Shown here: in pieces, positions 7,614-16,195 of the stretch
Position numbering within the stretch: position 1 is the first letter of the stretch
Layout of the letters: every line of letters begins with the position of its first letter
Origin: a candidate division FCPU426 bacterium
Lineage (GTDB): Bacteria; Oederibacteriota; Muellerivitia; Muellerivitales; Muellerivitaceae
DNA: 64,000 nucleotides
Assembly: GCA_963771075.1 (NCBI GenBank)
Contig: CAVYSE010000028.1
Location: 32,001-96,000, forward strand
Direction: 5' to 3'
Notes under the pieces: model-generated
What the model was told of the DNA's origin: nothing
What the model saw: the letters and a program-made list of their open reading frames with translations, nothing else
The model's database searches: none
Translations under genes and position numbers: made by a program

Positions 7614-10032
7614 AAGTCAGCTCCGCGTATTGGTTGTTGAGCGTGTTCCCGCTCGGTAAGGCCCCCACATAGGGTACCGCGTTTCCCCAGGTATAGTCAT
7701 AGTCCAAAAAAAGCCTGGAGTTGCGGTTCATGGTAAAGGTCATGGAAAGTCGCAGGCTGTCGTTGGTGCCGTTGATATTGAATATTTGGTAATTCCCCAG
7801 GTCGCTATTGTCAAAGATATAGGAATAACGGGCCATGGTGCTTCCCTGGTAGCCTGCTTCGGACCCGTTCACGCTGTCCACACTGAAGGAAAGGGCCGTA
7901 TTCCACCAGGGGAAAAGCCCCGCTTCCACGCCGCCTAAAACCCACGCGCTGGTCAAGGTGCCGATCGAGCTGTCCGTTTCCTCGTACCGGACATTGGTGC
8001 CGATCACCAGGTCTTCCGGGTCGTCGATGTAAGGCGCCAGGTTGATGGAAGGGCCCAAATTAATGTAGGTAAAGTTGCGGATGGGAACGGAAGTGACGGA
8101 AGCAGGCATATCCACCGGTACGAGCCCCGTTCCGTCCGTGGTCGCCACCAGGTTCGCCTGCATTTCCTGGACGAAATAGACCGAGCCCTTGATCTTCAGG
8201 GAGTCCTTGTCCAGCGTCTTCACGTCGATTTCCAAACCGCCGCCCTGTCGGTTGGGGGTGCCCAGGCCATAGGGGAAGGTATTGTCTTCCGTGCGGTCGT
8301 AGAATGAAAAGATGCCGCTCGCGCGGGGAACCCCCGATAGGAAGAACTGGCTCCGGAGCGGGTCGGTGTTGAATTCCGGCGTTGGCGCCGAACTGTTAAA
8401 GTTCGAGGTGGCGGTGACCAGGTCCTGGCGGGTCTGGGCGAGGGGCGAGAAGAAGTTGGGACCCACGTTCAGGAAATTGAACGAGATTTGGGAATGCTGG
8501 AATTTCAAATAGGGTCCGATCAGGAAGGCCCAGTCGGAAACGTTGTTACCGCTGTTGCGCGTATCATCTTCATATAACGAACTGGCGGTTTCCCAGGATG
8601 CGCCCAACACCATCCCGTCCCCAAGGGTCACGTCCACGGAGGGCTTGACGCTGAGGATTTCATATTGATGGGCCCAGGTTCCCACGCCATTTGGATCGTA
8701 GGGGCTGCCAGGCTGTTCGCTCTCCAAAGGCTCCCAGAGCAAAACGCCATAGGTGTCGAGGGAAAACTTCAGATTGGTGTTTCCTCCGATAAAAAGGCGC
8801 TTGGTGGCCAACTTTCCCTGCCCCGCGAATAGCCAGTCGGTGAAAAACCCGGGGCCGAAATAGGTGCCCCCGCTGGCCAGGTCGTTGAACCCGTTGCGGA
8901 TCATATCGGCCATGAGGGAAATATCGAAATGATCGAACCAGGTCGAGTCGGGCCAGGCCACCTCCGTGCCCAAGCGCAAGCCCCGGAAGGGCCAATTCGG
9001 CTCGTCGTTCAGGAAGCTTTCATACTTTAAAGTGTCGTCCTCGCGGGCCATCATTTCCGGCACCCAGCGCAGGTCCAGGTTGTCCCGGTTCCACATGGTT
9101 AAGGGAGTGTAGGATTCGTTGAAATCGCCCAAGGTCGCCGTAAACCAGGGAGTCTTAAGTTCCATGGTTCCCCGGCGCGGATAGAAGCTGTCGATCGCCT
9201 GGGAATCGTTCGCCACCATGGCGGTTCCATAGCGAACCATCAGTTCCCACCGGACCTGCTTGCTGACGACACCCTCGGGCTCAAAGTCGATATAGCCCCT
9301 TCCTTGGGAGTTGTCCTCGGGTGAAACGGTGGCTCCCGTCGTGGTCAGGGAAAGCCGTTGAACCGCGCCGAAGACCCGGCCCAAACCGTGCCAGGCGATG
9401 GTGGGGTACTCAGTGATCCCCTTGATTCTCTTCAAAAGGTCATATTGGGCGTTTTCCAGGTCTTGCGTCTTGTCCGCCAGGCCCTTCACCGGAGTCTGGA
9501 TATCCTTTAACTCATATTGATAAGCGTCTTCCAGGCTGTTCAAGGTCGCTGCGATCTTGGACCACTTGAGGGGGTCTTCCGGGGTCGCGGTGGGGGTGAC
9601 GGCGGCCGGAACGGCGGCTTGTGCTACGGGGGGAATTTCGGGCACGGATGAATCGGCCGGGCTTACGGGCGCTGGAGCCGGGGATGCGGGCACCGCCGCT
9701 ACGGGGGGGGCCGAGGACGAAGTGGAGGGAAGGCTGGGTTCCCCCAGATCGGGCGGGAGAGGTATCTCGTCAGCCTGGGCCACCACGATCTCACGGTATT
9801 GGTCGCGGGCCTTCGCCACCCGCTGGGCCACCTCAAAACGGGTCAAGGGGCCTTGGGAGTCGCCGGGGGAAAGCAAGCCGGCTTTTTCCAACTGGCCTAG
9901 TTGCAGGTAGGTCATGTCATTGGAAGGCACCACGGAAAAGATCCCTTCCGAGGCAAAAGCGGCGGCCAAACCCACCCCCCCGAAGAGGGCCAAGGCCAGG
10001 GCCAAACGCCCGGGATTAATAATGGGCTTCAT
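7597..10032 (-). CDS. SLH-like + Pro-rich linker + coiled-coil + large OM beta-barrel protein (paralog C)
   Basis: ATG 10032 (MKPIINPG..) with GGAGA RBS; signal peptide; 'FSVVPSNDMTY..LEKAGLL..LTRFEVAQRV' SLH-like; helical stalk; beta-rich aromatic body; BAM-type C-terminus 'ELTYEIQF'. Confidence 0.75.
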   Translation of the reverse strand: MKPIINPGRLALALALFGGVGLAAAFASEGIFSVVPSNDMTYLQLGQLEKAGLLSPGDSQGPLTRFEVAQRVAKARDQYREIVVAQADEIPLPPDLGEPSLPSTSSSAPPVAAVPASPAPAPVSPADSSVPEIPPVAQAAVPAAVTPTATPEDPLKWSKIAATLNSLEDAYQYELKDIQTPVKGLADKTQDLENAQYDLLKRIKGITEYPTIAWHGLGRVFGAVQRLSLTTTGATVSPEDNSQGRGYIDFEPEGVVSKQVRWELMVRYGTAMVANDSQAIDSFYPRRGTMELKTPWFTATLGDFNESYTPLTMWNRDNLDLRWVPEMMAREDDTLKYESFLNDEPNWPFRGLRLGTEVAWPDSTWFDHFDISLMADMIRNGFNDLASGGTYFGPGFFTDWLFAGQGKLATKRLFIGGNTNLKFSLDTYGVLLWEPLESEQPGSPYDPNGVGTWAHQYEILSVKPSVDVTLGDGMVLGASWETASSLYEDDTRNSGNNVSDWAFLIGPYLKFQHSQISFNFLNVGPNFFSPLAQTRQDLVTATSNFNSSAPTPEFNTDPLRSQFFLSGVPRASGIFSFYDRTEDNTFPYGLGTPNRQGGGLEIDVKTLDKDSLKIKGSVYFVQEMQANLVATTDGTGLVPVDMPASVTSVPIRNFTYINLGPSINLAPYIDDPEDLVIGTNVRYEETDSSIGTLTSAWVLGGVEAGLFPWWNTALSFSVDSVNGSEAGYQGSTMARYSYIFDNSDLGNYQIFNINGTNDSLRLSMTFTMNRNSRLFLDYDYTWGNAVPYVGALPSGNTLNNQYAELTYEIQF

Positions 10033-12310
10033 AGGTGAATCTCCAAATCTCGTCATTACGCGCGTAGGCGGCATTGTCGGCCCAAGTGTAATTGGTGAGG
10101 AAACAATCGGCCCGGATGTTAATCACGTTGCTCAAGGGATATTTCACCCCGAAGGCCCAGGTTTGCCGGGTCATGTTCATGGGCTGGTACACGAATTGGC
10201 CGCTTTGATTCAAGACGGGATCGATGTAAAAAACGTACTGGCCCAAAGTGGGCGGGTTGCCGTCCTGGTTGAGGACATATTCGCTTCCGGTGCTTTGGGT
10301 CTGCTCAAAAGCCGCCGACCAGACGGTGGTCCCGAACAATTTGAGGGGAATGTTGAAATCCGCCGCGGTAATGATGGTATTGGAAGTGAAGGGGGGATCG
10401 CCCATCCCCAGGTTCGTGGTCTGGTTCTTGTAATCCACCTGGAGGTCGTAGGTCTTTCCGCTCAGGCCCGCCAGCTTGGCGAAATGGAACGTCAGGGCCC
10501 CTTCCCCGCCCCCGAAGGTCCGGGCCATCGCGGTATTGCTTTGGCTGTCCACCGGGAGGAGTCCCGTGCCCGAGGTATTGAGGACTAGGTTCGGCTGGAG
10601 TTCATGCGCACTCATGACCACCGAGGCCTGGGGTTGGAGCCAGCCCTTTTCCCCCACCGCACCGGAAAGGCCCAGAAGGAATACCTGCCGGTTGGGCGTG
10701 GCATCCCCGTAAGGCAGCATGTTTTCCGCCGTGCGGTCATAGGGAGCGAAATAGGGCCGGTTCACGCCCTGGAAAGGGCTTTGGTTCAACAGCCCGGGGG
10801 CCGCGTCATCCAGGCCGGTCAGGTTGTTCGTCATATAGCCCTGGGCCGATTGGTCGGGGGAATAGCGGTTGGTTTGGGCCCCCGGCGAGTAGAAATAGGG
10901 ACCCACGTTCAGGTATTTGGTCGAGAGCTTGAGCCCGTAAACCTCCAGGCCCCCTTCCACGGACAAGGCCCAATCCTGGAAGACCGCCGCCGAATTGGTG
11001 GCGTCGTCGTTGTACTGGCTGAAGGCGCTCTCAAAACCAGCCGTCAATTTGATCTTTTCATCGAAGGGCACCGAGGCTTTCGACCAGACGCTTCCCACCT
11101 CATAGCTCTTGGCGTAATTGTCCGGGTAACCGGGAATATAGGGAACTTGGCCGCTGGCCGAATCCTGCCAAAGAAGAAGGCCCGTCAAACCCACCACCAG
11201 GTTTTGCTGCAGGAAGCCCAGGGAACCCTGCCCCCCCGCGAAGTAATTCCCGAAAGTGAGGGCGCCGATGTTGTCGCCCGGGTCCTGTTCCACCCCGACC
11301 ATGGACTCCAAATGGTAACTGCTCAGGTCCCAATTTTTACCCCAAGTCTCACCCACCGAGCCCTGGAAACCGCGCATTTTCCAATCATTGCCATGGTCCA
11401 AATAAAGCAGGTCCTCCGCATCATTGCGGGTCCGCTGGAGGGAGGTTGGGTCCACGAAAGTGTAAACGGGCGCGTTGAAATTCCATAAGGTGAAGGGCGT
11501 GTAGCTCTTGTAGAAATCACCTCCCTGGAATGTGGCGGCGCCGCTATAGCCGGAAAGGCTGATCCAGCGCAACTGATAGGGGGGCTGGATGGGGTCCTGG
11601 TAATACATGCCGATGGAGCGCCAAAAGCGGAAACTCACGTTGAAGAGAACGTCGGGAACGGGCACGCTCCGCAGGTCCAAATTCATGAAAATGGCCGCGT
11701 TGTAATCCATGGAAGGATAGGGCGAGTCCCCGAAGCCCCGGTAGAGGTACATATAACCGCGCGACTCCCCGCCGACCTCGGTGCCGGAGCGGGTCAAGTA
11801 TTTTTTCTGGAGGGCGGAAAAAAGTTCGTCGCGGGTCTGGGCGTCCACCAGGCGTTGTTCCAGCCGGTCCACCTGGATCCCCATGGCCGTCAATTCTGAG
11901 GCGAATTCATCGACCAATTGCTCGAAGCTCCGGGCCGGAACAACCTGGGCGGGAGAAGCGGCGGTGCTCCCTACCGGCGCCGGGGGCGATGAAAGGGTCG
12001 GCTCAGGGAGAGTGGGTATGCCCGTGTCGGGAACGGGAAGAAGGCCGGCATCGGCCTGGGCCAGCACCATTTGGGAAGCCTGGGCAGTCAGCTGGGCCAC
12101 TTCCAGGTTGGACATTTGCTCGACGTCCTTGTTGGGGTCGGGGACGAGACCCGATAGGATCAGGTCGTTCACCGCTAGATTGATCCAGGAGTCGCGGTCA
12201 TTCGTCGCCAACCGGCCATGGTCGGCCAGGGCGGGCAGGGCCAGGCCCAGCCAAAGGGCCAGGAAGGGGGTTAGCTTTTTCACCATCGCGTTAAGTTTCA
12301 AAGGTTCCAT
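10016..12310 (-). CDS. SLH-like + Pro-rich linker + coiled-coil + large OM beta-barrel protein (paralog B)
   Basis: Signal peptide; degenerate SLH 'SWINLAVNDLILSGLV..MSNLEVAQL'; OmpM/SomA-type stalk 'LVDEFASELTAMGIQVDRLEQRL'; ends 'FTYEAHY'. Confidence 0.75.
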   Translation of the reverse strand: MEPLKLNAMVKKLTPFLALWLGLALPALADHGRLATNDRDSWINLAVNDLILSGLVPDPNKDVEQMSNLEVAQLTAQASQMVLAQADAGLLPVPDTGIPTLPEPTLSSPPAPVGSTAASPAQVVPARSFEQLVDEFASELTAMGIQVDRLEQRLVDAQTRDELFSALQKKYLTRSGTEVGGESRGYMYLYRGFGDSPYPSMDYNAAIFMNLDLRSVPVPDVLFNVSFRFWRSIGMYYQDPIQPPYQLRWISLSGYSGAATFQGGDFYKSYTPFTLWNFNAPVYTFVDPTSLQRTRNDAEDLLYLDHGNDWKMRGFQGSVGETWGKNWDLSSYHLESMVGVEQDPGDNIGALTFGNYFAGGQGSLGFLQQNLVVGLTGLLLWQDSASGQVPYIPGYPDNYAKSYEVGSVWSKASVPFDEKIKLTAGFESAFSQYNDDATNSAAVFQDWALSVEGGLEVYGLKLSTKYLNVGPYFYSPGAQTNRYSPDQSAQGYMTNNLTGLDDAAPGLLNQSPFQGVNRPYFAPYDRTAENMLPYGDATPNRQVFLLGLSGAVGEKGWLQPQASVVMSAHELQPNLVLNTSGTGLLPVDSQSNTAMARTFGGGEGALTFHFAKLAGLSGKTYDLQVDYKNQTTNLGMGDPPFTSNTIITAADFNIPLKLFGTTVWSAAFEQTQSTGSEYVLNQDGNPPTLGQYVFYIDPVLNQSGQFVYQPMNMTRQTWAFGVKYPLSNVINIRADCFLTNYTWADNAAYARNDEIWRFTYEAHY

Positions 12311-12315
12311 TTCCG

Positions 12316-15036
12316 TTAAAACAAGAATTTAATTTTGCTGAAAAACTGGTCGCCCGAATAGTTGTTCACCGGCACATAGGCGTCGGCAAAGTCGATATGC
12401 TTATAACGGAACTCCAGCTTCCCGCCGCCCCAGGGGATATCCCAGCCCAACCCTAAGCCGTACTCGTTGGTCTGGTAATTCACTTGCGGATAGGTGTAAT
12501 TGGAGGTCCAGGTTTCCACGCCCCTATCCACCATCAGGTCCAGGTTCTTGATGATATTGACCATGAGCGCGCCGCTGAAAACCTGTTGGGTGAAAAGGTT
12601 GGGGAAACTGCCTCCGGCCAACGAGGGGGCGTTGGAGGTGGGTGAGCCCGGGGATGGCGCGGTCCCGTTGGCCGCCGCGTTGGGATTCAGGAAATCGGTG
12701 GCCGCGGCCGATGCCGCGGAAACCTGGTTATCCGTCATGTAAAAGGAAAGATCCACCGGAAGGGGCGTGTGCAGCCAATCCCCTGCTTTGATCTTGGTGG
12801 TGAGCGTGATGTAGTTGTAGCTCTTCAGGCCCTGGATATTGGCGTACTCGTTGAAACCCTTGGATAACCCGCTCGTGTAGGTGGCCGGGGCCTGGCCTGT
12901 GGCGCCGGGGGTGAGGCTTAAGTTACCGCCATTGTTGTAAATAGGCAGGATCAGGGGGAGGCGCTCGGAGGTCATCCGGAACTGATACCTTACGTCGTCG
13001 TTGATGATATCCCCGTCGTTGCGCATGGCTTCTATATTATTGATGTAGTCCTGGCGCACCGGGTTCACGTTGGGGGAATAGTTGCCCCACATGTCCAGGC
13101 CCCAAAGCCCCTCGTCGTCGGGATAATAAAAACTCAGGAACTGGGTGGGTTCGACGGTGTTGTACCCTTCCGGGTCCTGCTCGGAGACGTACTCGTTCTT
13201 TTGGGAGATGTCGAAATTGACCACGATGGAGTCCAGGAAGGAGGGCCATTTCTTCATGAAATCCTGCTTGCGCCCGCTCCAGCCGAAATTGAAGCGCCAG
13301 CCGTAACGGTCGGTCTGCAGGTTGTCCACTTCCCCGACGGCGCCGTAAACGTCCTGGAAATCCGAGGGGTTGAAGGAAAGGCCGTAGTGGAAGAAGTTCA
13401 GGCCGCTCATGGTGACCTTGCTTTGGAAATCGGAATAGGCGTCGCCGATGGCGAACCCGTAAACAGTGAATGGATAGAAGGCCACCGAGCCTTGGCCCGC
13501 GCCCGACTCGATGGGGCTGGAATCGAGCACGGTGTTGCCGGTGTTCAGGAATTCCGGCCCCTGGATCTGAGTGCCGGTATAGAAATGGGAGAAGGCCCCA
13601 TCCAGGCCGATCTGCAGCTTGTTCAGGTTGAAAAAGATGTCCGCCTCATAATCTTTCATGTCCAGCTGGGGCGTAAGGGGCTGAACCATGCCTAAATTGT
13701 CGTTCACCCATTCCGCCGAGAAGGCGGTTCGGATCAGGTTATTGGCCCAGGGCTCCTCGATCTTGAGGCCTTCTTCCCAGCGCTGGGTCTGGAAGGGGGT
13801 TTCCCCCATGCGACCCACGATGAACCACATGCGACCGCCTTGGGCCATCCAGGGCAGGTCGTGCCCCACCGCGTACATGCCGTCGAACACACGGTCGCTG
13901 GCGGATTGCACGTTCCCGGCGGACGCCGCGTAGGCGGGGATGTAGCTGACCTGGGACATGTAATCGTCCCAGTTTTTGCCGTTCTTGTCATCGTTGAAAT
14001 TCTTGATGTCGAAGGGATCCTCAAAGCGCTTGATGGAGTTGTTGGCGTAGCCCCGGCTGAAATTTCCGAAGGTCGTGTCGGGCTGGTAGCATTCCACCGC
14101 GAAGGTGGTGTCCCATTTGCCCAGCCCGCCGTAAAGGTGGAAGGTCGCGCTGGGGTTACCGAGGTAAATGGAGGCGGGGGCGGTTCCCACGCCCGCCACC
14201 TGGTACTTTCCCGAGAAGTTGTCGAAGGGCAGGATCATCCCGAAACCGGTGGAGACGGTCCCCAGGCCTCCCATGTCGGTGTACATTCCGACCCAGGCCT
14301 CCTGGAGGATCTTCGTGGCGCTTTCCTGGGCGATGCCGGTCAGGTTCAAGTTCTCGAAGCGTACGTTGGTGTTGGTGTTGAAGTTGGGGATCCCGACGGA
14401 CTTGTTGGCCTTTTTCCAAACCGAATCCACGTCATCCTGGACCTTCTTGAGACTTTCCAGTTCGGCCTGGCGGTCCTTCAACCTTTCGTCCTCCTGGGCC
14501 AGGCGGGTCTTGAGGATCTGGGTGGAGTCGCCGAGTTGTTTCAGGAGTCTCTCGATTTCCGTTTTGGCGGACGGCGGATAATTGGGTGCCAGGGTCGGAA
14601 CCGGGACGGGTGTGTTCTCCGGGGGGGCGAGGGGAGCCATGGTCGGGACGGGAACCGCCTCCGGCACCAAGGGTTCCGGAATGGCGGGAGGGGCGACTTC
14701 CGGGACGGATGGGATGCTCACGGGTGCCGTGGGCAGGGTCACCGGGACAGGGGTGGGTACGGGCGTGGGTGCGATTCCCAGGGTGGGTGCCTCAATACGG
14801 GCTTTGGCCTTCTCGGTATAAAAAGCCAATTCCATTCGGGTCACGACCTTGCCCTGGTCCAAAACCTGCTGGTCGTCCGGGTCCAATAGTCCGTAGGTTT
14901 CCAGGTGCTTCACCTGCTGGTAAAGGGGCGCGTCGGAAGTGACTTCCTCGTAGGGGTTGGCCTGTAAGGGGCTCGCGGTAAAGATACCCAGCAAACCCGC
15001 CAGCGCCATCAAAAGGATTAAAAATTTAAGTTTCAA
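12316..15036 (-). CDS. SLH-like + Pro-rich linker + coiled-coil + large OM beta-barrel protein (paralog A)
   Basis: Signal peptide; 'PYEEVTSDAPLYQQVKHLETYGLL..VTRMELAFY' SLH-like; coiled coil 'EIERLLKQLGD..LKTRLAQEDERLKDRQAELESLKK'; ends 'FSKIKFLF'. Confidence 0.75.
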   Translation of the reverse strand: MKLKFLILLMALAGLLGIFTASPLQANPYEEVTSDAPLYQQVKHLETYGLLDPDDQQVLDQGKVVTRMELAFYTEKAKARIEAPTLGIAPTPVPTPVPVTLPTAPVSIPSVPEVAPPAIPEPLVPEAVPVPTMAPLAPPENTPVPVPTLAPNYPPSAKTEIERLLKQLGDSTQILKTRLAQEDERLKDRQAELESLKKVQDDVDSVWKKANKSVGIPNFNTNTNVRFENLNLTGIAQESATKILQEAWVGMYTDMGGLGTVSTGFGMILPFDNFSGKYQVAGVGTAPASIYLGNPSATFHLYGGLGKWDTTFAVECYQPDTTFGNFSRGYANNSIKRFEDPFDIKNFNDDKNGKNWDDYMSQVSYIPAYAASAGNVQSASDRVFDGMYAVGHDLPWMAQGGRMWFIVGRMGETPFQTQRWEEGLKIEEPWANNLIRTAFSAEWVNDNLGMVQPLTPQLDMKDYEADIFFNLNKLQIGLDGAFSHFYTGTQIQGPEFLNTGNTVLDSSPIESGAGQGSVAFYPFTVYGFAIGDAYSDFQSKVTMSGLNFFHYGLSFNPSDFQDVYGAVGEVDNLQTDRYGWRFNFGWSGRKQDFMKKWPSFLDSIVVNFDISQKNEYVSEQDPEGYNTVEPTQFLSFYYPDDEGLWGLDMWGNYSPNVNPVRQDYINNIEAMRNDGDIINDDVRYQFRMTSERLPLILPIYNNGGNLSLTPGATGQAPATYTSGLSKGFNEYANIQGLKSYNYITLTTKIKAGDWLHTPLPVDLSFYMTDNQVSAASAAATDFLNPNAAANGTAPSPGSPTSNAPSLAGGSFPNLFTQQVFSGALMVNIIKNLDLMVDRGVETWTSNYTYPQVNYQTNEYGLGLGWDIPWGGGKLEFRYKHIDFADAYVPVNNYSGDQFFSKIKFLF

Positions 15037-15084
15037 AACAAGTCCCTTGAATTCATAGGTATTGAAAAATCCGTCTCCCAGGCT

Positions 15085-15855
15085 TTAAAAAAACTCGATG
15101 TCATCCACCCAATAATCGATGTTATAAGTCCCGGCGTTGTTGTCTCCGCCGTGATCCCACTTGACATAAACGAATTCATTGAGATGGTCCACCAAATCCG
15201 GAGGAACCACGGGGGAACCCCACCCAGGCTCCCGAGGCAGTTCGGTGAATTTATAGGAACAAAACTTCCAGTCGGTCGTAGGGGCCATATAGGCGCCGAA
15301 ATGGTTGTAACAATCGGTCGCGCAGGTCCCTCCGTCCTGCGGGGGCAGGGTGGGCGAGGTTCCGATGGCAAAACGCCGCTTGATGGCCTGGTCGTCCTCG
15401 GGGCACTTGTAATAAAACTGGATTCCGGAAAAGGCGCTGGCGTCATAAAAACCGCCCGACTTGAACTGTCCCTGCAGGGTGAAGGAGGGATAGGACCGGT
15501 CTCCCTTGTCCGTCAGGCTTCCGGTCACGTGGGCGCAAAAGGGCAATCCGTTGGGCCCGCCCTTGTCGATAAAAACAGGGTTCGGAGTGTTCCCCGCGAA
15601 TGAAAAAACCATAAAAGAACCAGTGGCGCCGCCGTAAAGTTTGGAGTTGATCGCCTTGTTGCCGCCCTCGAAATTGCAGATGATTTTTTGTTCGGCGGGA
15701 ACGATGACTTTCGGCTTACTTAAATCGGGATTGACCAATCCGTCCCGCAGGGAGGACATCTTGGAACCAGGATTGATGAAGACTGCGCCACAGCCGGCGA
15801 GGACGAACAGGAGGAAAAGCCCCAGGCACCAAGCGTAAAATTTCGGGGAAAACAT
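15085..15855 (-). CDS. Lipoprotein with CIA30/CBM11-like beta-sandwich (paralog 1)
   Basis: Lipobox LAG|C; 'ICNFEGG', 'YDASAFSGIQFY', 'GGTCATDCYNHFG', 'DWKFCSYKFTEL..PGWG', 'YWVDDIEFF'. Confidence 0.75.
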   Translation of the reverse strand: MFSPKFYAWCLGLFLLFVLAGCGAVFINPGSKMSSLRDGLVNPDLSKPKVIVPAEQKIICNFEGGNKAINSKLYGGATGSFMVFSFAGNTPNPVFIDKGGPNGLPFCAHVTGSLTDKGDRSYPSFTLQGQFKSGGFYDASAFSGIQFYYKCPEDDQAIKRRFAIGTSPTLPPQDGGTCATDCYNHFGAYMAPTTDWKFCSYKFTELPREPGWGSPVVPPDLVDHLNEFVYVKWDHGGDNNAGTYNIDYWVDDIEFF

Positions 15856-16012
15856 AGCGACCTCATCCGGGGGATAACAGAGCCAAAGCCCGTGTATTTT
15901 ACTAAAAGGTGGGAAGGGACGTTAGTTTTTTTTCAAGGAACCATCATGTAAATTTTTTAACCCTATGGATAGCCGCCGGTAGAGGGGGAGATCAATCCCT
16001 AGCACTGGGGAG

Positions 16013-16029
16013 TTGAACCGTTAAACGGT
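16013..16029. promoter_or_regulatory. Palindromic candidate operator upstream of the lipoprotein/porin operon
   Basis: ACCGTT-A-AACGGT (16017-16029), overlapping TTGAACCGTTAAAC. Confidence 0.35.
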
Positions 16030-16195
16030 CACGCTTCAAAGCTTTTGGGTTGTTGAATGAATTATTTCGCGACATAAAAAAGGGCTTTCAAAGTACCCCT
16101 GGACGGAAATCAGGATTTTTTACCACTTCGTTTCGGGAGAATCTCCAGATTCCTTACCCCGGTTCGTGGCTAACACCATCACCCCGCCGAATGAA

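Noticed and set aside
15033..15087. Readthrough fusion of lipoprotein 1 to barrel A (same frame, 16 codons apart) or mini-ORF MNSRDLF
   Set aside because: Barrel A has its own RBS and signal peptide, the stop is TAA, and being in the same frame occurs by chance one time in three.
15860..16190. Possible riboswitch (c-di-GMP type) in the operon leader
   Set aside because: Conserved GEMM or c-di-GMP-II elements could not be found on the sense strand. An Infernal/Rfam scan would be needed.
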